Shown here: positions 8,713-15,700 of the stretch, piece by piece
How the letters are laid out: the number at the start of each line of letters is the position of its first letter
Numbering within the stretch: position 1 is the stretch's first letter
Assembly: GCA_028281925.1 (NCBI GenBank)
Contig: JANQIX010000110.1
Coordinates: 46,271 to 70,270 of the forward strand
Length of the DNA: 24,000 nucleotides
Direction of reading: 5' to 3'
Source: Alphaproteobacteria bacterium
Lineage (GTDB): Bacteria; Pseudomonadota; Alphaproteobacteria; DSM-16000; Inquilinaceae
The notes under the pieces: generated by a model
The model's database searches: none
Told to the model about the DNA's origin: nothing
The model's input: the letters and a program-made list of their open reading frames with translations, nothing else
Program-made: the position numbers and the translations under genes

Positions 8713-10113
8713 ATGCGCCGTCTGATCCTTCCCGCTCTGCTCTCATCGGCAGTTGCAATACCGCTTCCGAACACAGCGTGGGCGACGAGTGCGGACGAGA
8801 TCAGACGCCTCGAACAGCAGTTGCTGGAGCAGCGCGAGTTGCTCGAAGCCCAAAGGGCAGTTATTGAGGCCCAACAGGAGCAGCTTGATAGCCAGTTGCG
8901 CCAGCTGCAAGACCTGCAGACCAGCCTCTCAGCTGAGCCTCTGTCGGACGACGAGCTCGGCGAGGCTCGCGGCGGAGTGGGCCAGATGGTCTCGGCTCCG
9001 CTCATCTTGAGTTTTCCGTCGCTGGATGGTCAGAGTTTCCAGCCGTCGACGATCACGGCCAGCGTCTTCCCGGCTGCGTTCCCGGAGACCGTGACGGCCG
9101 ACCAGCTGCTGAGCCAGCAGACACCAGGGCAAGCACCGACGACGGAACCAGGCGGCCAAGGCACACCTCCTGGGGACGTCGACTCGGAAGACACCCCGCC
9201 AAGCGTGGAGCTGTTCCCCGAACGCGGCGGCGCACTTCTGCCACAGGGAACTTTAGTGTTTGAGCCTTCTGTTGAATACAACCTTTCGAATGTTAACCGA
9301 GTCGAGGTCGCGGGCTTCAGTGTCCTGCCTGCGATTCTTGTCGGTGAGTTCGCGGTGGAGTCGGTGGAGCGCGAAAACATTACCCCCGCCGTCTCTCTGC
9401 GCTACGGCATCACTGACCGTCTGGATGCCCAGGTTCGTATCCCCTACGTGTTTCGCAGCGAAGACTCCAGCCGACGACCAATTGGCGTCGGCGCTGATGA
9501 GGCCGAGCAGTTCAACACCACCGGCAACGGGCTCGGCGATATTGAGTTCGCGACCAACTATCAGATCAATCGAGGATTGGACGATTGGCCCTTCTTCATT
9601 GCCAATCTTCGCGTGCGCGTGCCAACCGGGCGGGACCCGTTCGAGATTGAGCGGGACGAAGACGGAAATGAATTGGAGCTCGCAACCGGCACAGGGTTTT
9701 TTGGTATACAGCCGAGCTTCACGGTGCTCTATCCGAATGATCCGGCCGTGTTATTCGCGAACCTCGGTTACACCTGGAACTTGGAGCGGGATGTCGGCGA
9801 CGAGTTCGGAGTCATCGATCCCGGCGATATTGTCAACCTCAGCGGTGGCGTCGGCATCGGGCTGAACGAACGCACATCCATTACCCTTGGCTATGATCAC
9901 CAGGTCGTGGGACGCACGAGCCAGGATGGCCAGATCGTCGATGGATCGCGGGTCCTCAACATCGGGCGGCTTCTGTTCGGCGCCTCGTTTCGCGTTTCTG
10001 ACAGTGTCGGCGTCAATCTGACGGTCGCCCCCGGCGTGACTGAAGACGCGCCCGACCTGACCGCGACCTTGCGCGTGCCGATCACCTTCCAAGATCTTTT
10101 CGGAAGCGATTAG
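8713..10113 (+). CDS. Outer-membrane beta-barrel protein with an N-terminal coiled coil (FapF-like architecture)
   Basis: 466 aa. Signal peptide MRRLILPALLSSAVAIPLPNTAWA|TS. Heptad-like coiled coil at about aa 27-72 (EIRRLEQQLLEQRELLEAQRAVIEAQQEQLDSQLRQLQDLQ). LSDDELGEARGG at aa 77-88. A P/T/Q/G-rich linker runs to about aa 175, followed by ~290 aa of alternating-polarity beta-strand sequence (e.g. VSLRYGITDRLDAQVRIPYVF, GLGDIEFATNYQI, FFIANLRVRVPTG, SITLGYDHQV, LTATLRVPITF). Confidence 0.8.
   Translation: MRRLILPALLSSAVAIPLPNTAWATSADEIRRLEQQLLEQRELLEAQRAVIEAQQEQLDSQLRQLQDLQTSLSAEPLSDDELGEARGGVGQMVSAPLILSFPSLDGQSFQPSTITASVFPAAFPETVTADQLLSQQTPGQAPTTEPGGQGTPPGDVDSEDTPPSVELFPERGGALLPQGTLVFEPSVEYNLSNVNRVEVAGFSVLPAILVGEFAVESVERENITPAVSLRYGITDRLDAQVRIPYVFRSEDSSRRPIGVGADEAEQFNTTGNGLGDIEFATNYQINRGLDDWPFFIANLRVRVPTGRDPFEIERDEDGNELELATGTGFFGIQPSFTVLYPNDPAVLFANLGYTWNLERDVGDEFGVIDPGDIVNLSGGVGIGLNERTSITLGYDHQVVGRTSQDGQIVDGSRVLNIGRLLFGASFRVSDSVGVNLTVAPGVTEDAPDLTATLRVPITFQDLFGSD
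8941..8976 (+). other. Double-glycine (C39-type) processing motif LSDDELGEARGG inside the barrel protein
   Basis: The codons CTG TCG GAC GAC GAG CTC GGC GAG GCT CGC GGC GGA were read directly. The block fits LSxxELxxIxGG at positions -12, -11, -8, -7, -2 and -1. Confidence 0.55.
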
Positions 10114-10401
10114 GCATCAACCACGCAACCGCGGGTGATCGATTGTTCTTTTGGGGGACTAGAGGCGCATCCTCAGGCTACAGGCAACCGATGTGCCTAC
10201 AAGCCTTGAACACGTCAGATGGATTAGGCCAGGTTTGATTAAGCCAGGGACCGATCAAGCCGCTGGGAAGCGAACGATACTTCCGCTCCGGCTGGCACCA
10301 CATTCCTTCAGGCGCATGCCTGTTTAGGCCGAACGACTTCGCACCACGACTTCGCACCGTGCTGACAACTCGGCGATTCCCTCCCAACGTGAACCTGCTC
10401 T

Positions 10402-10926
10402 TCAGCGGTCCCTGACTCTGGGCAGGGACAGAACCTCAGTGGTGTCGGCTGTCGTCGATGCGGATCGCGCGGGCCTCTCCGCCAAGACGACTCGGTGATT
10501 ACCATCGCGCCAGTGGTCATCGAAGCCACTCGCCGGGGACATTGCCTCGAGTGCCGTGATCGGCGCGCCGAGTGGCAACACGGCATGCTCCGGGATCACC
10601 TCTCTGCCGGAGGCTGTCGCCACCGCCACTCCCTGATATCCGGCCGCCGCGCCTGACCCGGCAGCGGTTGCAATGACGGCATCGTCCTCATTTTCGATGC
10701 AGATATCACCCCAAGTCACCGCCCGCCACATCGCGCAGTCTTCATCGGCGACGGCGGAGAGCGCGTGGTCCATGATCATCTTGTCTGTGGCGACCAGCAC
10801 GGCCCCATCGATCGCATAGCCGGCAACAATCATGGGCAATGGCAGGGCACAGGCTGTGAGGGCCGCCGCCCCGAAGACAGCGGTGGCGGCAGGCAGATAG
10901 GGTCGTCTCTTCACTTGGGCCTCCAT
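10402..10926 (-). CDS. Hypothetical lipoprotein (last gene of the repeat-protein operon)
   Basis: Part of ORF 10402..11004; the start is taken at ATG 10926 (MEAQVKRRPYLPAATAVFGAAALTAC|ALPLP). A lipobox-like L-T-A-C follows a hydrophobic h-region. No family recognised. Same strand as the 182-aa gene, 67 bp downstream of it. Confidence 0.55.
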   Translation of the reverse strand: MEAQVKRRPYLPAATAVFGAAALTACALPLPMIVAGYAIDGAVLVATDKMIMDHALSAVADEDCAMWRAVTWGDICIENEDDAVIATAAGSGAAAGYQGVAVATASGREVIPEHAVLPLGAPITALEAMSPASGFDDHWRDGNHRVVLAERPARSASTTADTTEVLSLPRVRDR

Positions 10927-10993
10927 GTTCCTGGAGGTCCGACGATGCTCTGCCGGCCTCCAGTTTGTTATCGTGATGCCATGTGAGTTGCCA

Positions 10994-11542
10994 TCACAGG
11001 CCAAGTAAGCCGGCTTCGATCAGTGCGTTGGCGAGGTTGTTTGCTTGGATGCTCGACATGTCGAGATCGAGCGTCAACTCGATGCCGGTGTTCTGCTGTA
11101 TGATGATGTTGTCGAGATTGTTTTGGATAACGGAGAACAAGCCGGACCCGGCGATATCGCCAAGCATGTTGCTGTCGGGGGTGCCCCCCTGCAGGCTGAC
11201 GATGATGCTGCTGTTGGTTTGCTCGATTGCGGTGGTCACCTGACTGCCGAGGACATTGTTCACCTCCGGATCCCCGACCAGCACCCCATTCTCCAGAACC
11301 GCCTGGAAAGTGAAGCTGCTGAGCTCGCTGCCGTCCGCGCCGGCAACCAACCCGGTCATGTCGATCCCGAAGCTCACGAAACCGGCGCTGGTCAGGAAGC
11401 CACCGCGCAGATCCGCCAGCTCTTCGTTCGAGAGCCGCCGCTGCGACCACAAATCGTCTTCGGCCATCGCCGGAGCCAGCTCTGCCAGCAACGGCGTTGC
11501 CATGACCCAGAGCGCTAACGCCAAAGTGCTTTTGCCACGCAT
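10994..11542 (-). CDS. Secreted accessory protein with a GG-leader motif and degenerate IQNN-type repeats
   Basis: ORF 10994..11551 starts on a GTG. The ATG at 11542 has GGGAGG 10 nt upstream. Signal peptide MRGKSTLALALWVMATPLLAELAPAMA|ED, then LSNEELADLRGG. The C-terminal half has AIEQTNSSIIVSLQGG and FSVIQNNLDNIIIQQNT (nt 11087-11137). Confidence 0.7.
   Translation of the reverse strand: MRGKSTLALALWVMATPLLAELAPAMAEDDLWSQRRLSNEELADLRGGFLTSAGFVSFGIDMTGLVAGADGSELSSFTFQAVLENGVLVGDPEVNNVLGSQVTTAIEQTNSSIIVSLQGGTPDSNMLGDIAGSGLFSVIQNNLDNIIIQQNTGIELTLDLDMSSIQANNLANALIEAGLLGL
11399..11434 (-). other. Double-glycine processing motif LSNEELADLRGG
   Basis: The reverse complement reads CTC TCG AAC GAA GAG CTG GCG GAT CTG CGC GGT GGC. 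This fits the LSxxELxxIxGG consensus, including Leu at -4. Confidence 0.55.
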
Positions 11543-11560
11543 GGCTTCCACGCCTCCCGG

Positions 11561-12283
11561 TTAGAATGTGAATTCGTTCAATCCCGGCATCAGCAGCGTT
11601 ATGTCCGACAGGTTCTGTACGGTCAGCGCCGAGCCCAGCGGGGCCAGAGCGCGAATGCGCCAATCTGCTGCCACGTTGAACCGCTGCTGCCCGCTCTCCA
11701 TTGCATTCGTCACGACGAAGAGGATGCCGTTCCACATTGCCTCAAACTGATCTCTTGGGATGATCTTCATGCCGAAGGCCGGATCACCCACCAGGACCTC
11801 GTTTTCGGTCACGCCCTTGATCACCACAAAGTGCAAGTAGCCGTTCAGGTTTATCAGCGTGACCCCGGGGATGCCAACTTCGACCAACTGATCCAGCGAC
11901 GCCTCGAACCCATCGGACTCGAGCCCGATCGTTGCAAGGTAGGTCTTCATGTCGAGCATGGAAAAGCCGCGGGTCCGGATGGCTTCCTGATCGCCGTTCT
12001 CCCACATGTGCTCGAACACGGCCTGCTCGGTCGTCGGAACGCCGTAATGGTAGGTGAGCAAGGTTGCGACCGAGGCCGAGCCGCAGCTGAAGTCGTACTG
12101 CTGCGGCACGACGGCGTTGTACCGCGCCTCTCGGATACTGGTGACCGTCGTGTTGAACGAGAAACCGCCGACGATCGTGGTGACGTCGGCGGCGGTCGCC
12201 TTGTGCGGTCCGGCCGCCGCGGCAACGAGGGCGACGGCGGCCAGCCTGCACAGCCCCAGCCTTGTCTTTGACAGTGTGATCAT
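11561..12283 (-). CDS. Stand-alone C39-family cysteine peptidase with a Sec signal peptide (predicted periplasmic, FapD-like)
   Basis: 240 aa. Signal peptide MITLSKTRLGLCRLAAVALVAAAAGPHKATA|AD. C39 signature VVPQQYDFSCGSASVATLLTYHYG has Gln 6 residues before Cys67 (codon 12083-12085). LHFVVIKGVTENEVLVGDPAFG contains His151 and Asp167, 16 residues apart. Its ATG overlaps the TGA of the upstream 115-aa gene (ATGA). Confidence 0.88.
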   Translation of the reverse strand: MITLSKTRLGLCRLAAVALVAAAAGPHKATAADVTTIVGGFSFNTTVTSIREARYNAVVPQQYDFSCGSASVATLLTYHYGVPTTEQAVFEHMWENGDQEAIRTRGFSMLDMKTYLATIGLESDGFEASLDQLVEVGIPGVTLINLNGYLHFVVIKGVTENEVLVGDPAFGMKIIPRDQFEAMWNGILFVVTNAMESGQQRFNVAADWRIRALAPLGSALTVQNLSDITLLMPGLNEFTF

Positions 12284-12627
12284 TGCACGATAACGCTCAG
12301 CATTGTGTTCACCTGGATGATCGAGTTGTTGCCGTTGTTCTGGATCACCGTGAACGCGCCGGCCGCATTCTGAAACGCATCTGCGGCGATGGAATTGCTG
12401 GCATTGAACGGGCCCGTGATGTTTGAGGTCACGTTGCTGATCTCCGCCGACAGTGCGGCAAAGTCGGCATCGAGACCTTGCAGCGAGCCGCCGCGTGCCT
12501 CCGCCAGTTCTTCCGTAGAGATCGGGTTCCCGCCAAGAAGCCGGCTGACCTCTTCTTGGGCCTTAGCCGTATGTCCCGTGCCTGCGATGGCTAACGCCGC
12601 GACACAGAGAATTATACCCTTGGTCAT
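12280..12627 (-). CDS. Small secreted protein: signal peptide + GG-leader motif + a single QNNG-family repeat (candidate nucleator/cap)
   Basis: Part of ORF 12280..12648. The ATG at 12627 is preferred, with GGGAGG 5 nt upstream (complement of 12633-12638). Signal peptide MTKGIILCVAALAIAGTGHTAKA|QE, then ISTEELAEARGG. The mature ~68 aa end in DAFQNAAGAFTVIQNNGNNSIIQVNTMLSVIVQ. Confidence 0.75.
   Translation of the reverse strand: MTKGIILCVAALAIAGTGHTAKAQEEVSRLLGGNPISTEELAEARGGSLQGLDADFAALSAEISNVTSNITGPFNASNSIAADAFQNAAGAFTVIQNNGNNSIIQVNTMLSVIVQ
12487..12522 (-). other. Double-glycine processing motif ISTEELAEARGG
   Basis: Codons were checked one by one on the reverse strand (ATC TCT ACG GAA GAA CTG GCG GAG GCA CGC GGC GGC). 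Confidence 0.55.
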
Positions 12628-12668
12628 CAAAGCCTCCCGAAACAGCATACTTAACCGAAGAGCGTGAA

Positions 12669-12696
12669 CCGGGGGTCGCTGTCACTCGACCCCCGG
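12669..12696 (-). terminator. GC-rich 10-bp-stem hairpin between the giant gene and the downstream accessory genes (possible attenuator or mRNA-stabilising stem-loop)
   Basis: CCGGGGGTCG (12669-12678), loop CTGTCACT, CGACCCCCGG (12687-12696). It lies 37 nt downstream of the giant gene's TAA (12733-12735). On the minus-strand transcript no clean U-tract follows (TTCACGCTCTTCGG), so it is not a canonical intrinsic terminator. Confidence 0.35.
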
Positions 12697-12732
12697 CCCC
12701 GTTTTGGCTCCCTACAGAGCCTCCCGTTACTC

Positions 12733-15700
12733 TTACGGCCGCGTGAAGCTTGCCGTAACCGAGATGGACGAGCTGATCACGTTGCCCGAACCGTTGTTCT
12801 GGGTGACCGACACAACCCCAGCCGCTCCGTTGAACGAGTCGGTGATCGTGTTGTTGAGCCCAGTGGAGCCGGCCGGGATGACCGTATCGACCGTGACGTT
12901 GGAGGTCGCACCGGCCAGTGTCGCGGTCGACACCGCAGTGCCAAACCCGACGTCACCGCTCGGCGCACCGCCAGAGCCCACCTGCTCCGCACCGACGCTG
13001 ACCGCCGTTCCCAGCACATTGGCATCGCCGTTGTTCTGGGTCACGGTCGCCACGCCCTGGAAGCTCTCGAACGAGTCGCTGATCGTGTTGTCGGGGCCGA
13101 CAGCACCCAGCTGCTGATAGATCTCGATCGGAGCCCCAGGCGCCCCAACGGTACCGGTCACGTCAGACGAAACCGTGCTGGAACCTGCCACGTCCGCGTT
13201 GTCACCCAGCGTGGCCGATACGCCGATGGCCGTTGTCGCCACATTGCCGTTCCCGTTGTTCTGGAACACGGCGAAGATCCCCTCGGCACCATCGAACGAG
13301 GCGTCGATGAAGTTCGACCGATTGCCGAAGAACTGCCGGTCACCCGGCGCACCGAACACCAGACCGCTCACATCGCCGCCGGCCTCGACCACCGAGGCGA
13401 CCGTGTCGATATCGTCTGCATCGACCAGGGCCACCACGCCAATCGAAGTGCCGATGACGTTGCCGGTACCGTTGTTCTGCTGAACCGAGACCACACCGCT
13501 CGCGCCGTCGAAGGAGTCGGCGACGATGTCGTTGTCTCGGAGGTTGCTCTCCAAGATCGCGCCATCGTCAACCTCGCTGACCGTGCCGAAGGCGCGGATC
13601 AACGATTGCGTGGAGCTCTCTGCGGCAGGAGTGGCGCCAGCCTGGCCCGTGCGAACGTCGGCCGACACGGCGATGGCGGAGAACATGGCGTTACCGTCGC
13701 CATTGTTCTGCTGGACCGTCAGCGTGCCGGTATACGAGTCGAACGAGTCAGTGATCGTATTCAACCGCGGGCTTTCCGTATCGACGAAGGTGATGATGTC
13801 TTCGATGTCCACGGACATGTCGACCGACTGGGTGACGTTGTTCGCGGTCGCACCGGGCCCGCTGCCGAACACCGCGGTACCGGAGAAGATGAAGTTTCCG
13901 CCACCGTTGTTCTGCTGAGCCGTGACGATGCCCGAAGCGTCGTCGAACGCCCCACCGACGAGGAGGTTGGTACGAGCCCCGTCCGGCGTGGCGGCGGACC
14001 CGAACGTGAGCCCCGACAGCGTCGGCGGGACACCGTCCAGGCTGATCGTCTGATCAACCGTCAACGTCTCTTCGTCGTCCGCATCGCCGACCAACGCCGT
14101 TGCCGCCGCCAGAACGTTGCCGTCACCATTGTTCTGCTGAATGGTGGCGACACCTGAGTACCCGACGAATGCCGAGGTCAGGTCGTTCAGACGCAGGCTG
14201 TTGTCGGAGAGCACCGTGAGATCGCTGACCTGGTTCGTACCGGACGCGGCATCGATCGTCTGGTCGACGTTCTCCGGGCCGTTACCCACATAGGCCAGCA
14301 CCGCCACGTCTTCGATCATCACGTTGGCGTCGCCGTTGTTCTGCTGAACATCGACCACACCCGCGAAGCCGTCAAACGCGCCCGGTTCGACCCTATTGGT
14401 GCGCACGTCATCGGCTGCCGACACGAGCGCGAACGAGACCACTGTTTCAACGAATGTGATCTCTTGGGCCGCGTCACTGAGGAACCCGGTCGATCCCACA
14501 ATGGCGTTGTTGGCCGTCATCACGTTCACATCGCCGTTGTTCTGCTGAACCGTGGCAATGCCGCCGGTGCCCGGGCCCGTGAAGGCGCCGCCACCGATGG
14601 TGTTCGTCCGCGTTCCGCCAGCGCTGATCAGGTTCAGATCGAAGGTCAGGTTCCCGGCGACCGTTCCGGCCGACCCGATGGTCTGGGTCACCGTGCCAGT
14701 CGGGCCGAGCAGCAGGCCATCAGCCGACCCCAGCACCGCATTGTTGATCTGCATGGCGTTGAGGTTGCCGTTGTTCTGCTGAACATTGGCGATCCCCGCC
14801 GAGCCGGAGAAGGCCGTGCCGCCCACCAGGTTGGTGCGTGTCTCACCGCTAATCAGGATGTCGATATCGGCATCCAGCGTCGCGATGATATCCGCATCCG
14901 ACGTGATCGTCTGATCGACCGGCAGCCCCGCCGCCTGCAGCAGGACACCACCAGCCAAGCCGACCACGGCGCTGTTCGCCCCAATCGCGTTCAGGTTGCC
15001 GTTGTTCTGCTGAACCGTGGCAATCCCGTTCGAGCCGGAGAAGGCACCGCCGTCGATCGTGTTGGTCGCAACCTCTGTTCCCAGCGTCAGGAACTCGAGA
15101 TCCACTGTCGCATCCAACAGGTGCAGCGTGTCGGACGACACGACCTGATCGACTTCACCGACCGCACTGAGGGCGAACCCGGCCGCGCCGAGCACCGCGG
15201 TGTTGGCGGTGATCGAGTTCAGGTCACCATTGTTCTGCTGAACCGTGGCGACGCCGTCCGAGCCCGAGAACGCGCTGCCAGTGATCGTGTTGGTATCCGT
15301 ATCACCGAGCAGCAAGGAGATATCGATCCCCGCCTCGAACACGTGGGCAGCGCTGGAGCTCACGCTCTGATCCACGCTTCCCGCGCCGATGGCGGCAAGA
15401 CCTGACACACCGACGATCGCATTGTTGATCGTCATGGCATTGATGTTGCCGTTGTTCTGCTGAGCATTCACGACACCGGCGGACCCTGCGAAGGCCATGC
15501 TGTCGATCAGGTTCTCCCGATCGCCGCCGGACAAGATGTTGATGTCGAACGCCGCGTTGAGCGCCAGCAAGTCGGCCGAGGTGATGCTCTGGACCACCGT
15601 TCCCGTCGCGTTGAACGAAAGCCCAACTGCACCGACAACCGCGTTGTTGATGGCGAGTGCATTGATGTCGCCGTTGTTCTGCTGAACGCTGGTCAGACCC

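Noticed and set aside
10408-10428. 7-bp hairpin GTCCCTG-ACTCTGG-CAGGGAC, considered as a terminator for the lipoprotein operon.
   Set aside because: It lies inside the 3' end of the lipoprotein coding sequence (upstream of its stop at 10402-10404) and has no U-tract.
10968-11735. 255-aa minus-strand ORF spanning the junction between the 182-aa gene and the C39 gene.
   Set aside because: It is out of frame with both well-supported genes. Its sequence is Arg/Gly/His-rich with no signal peptide or motif.
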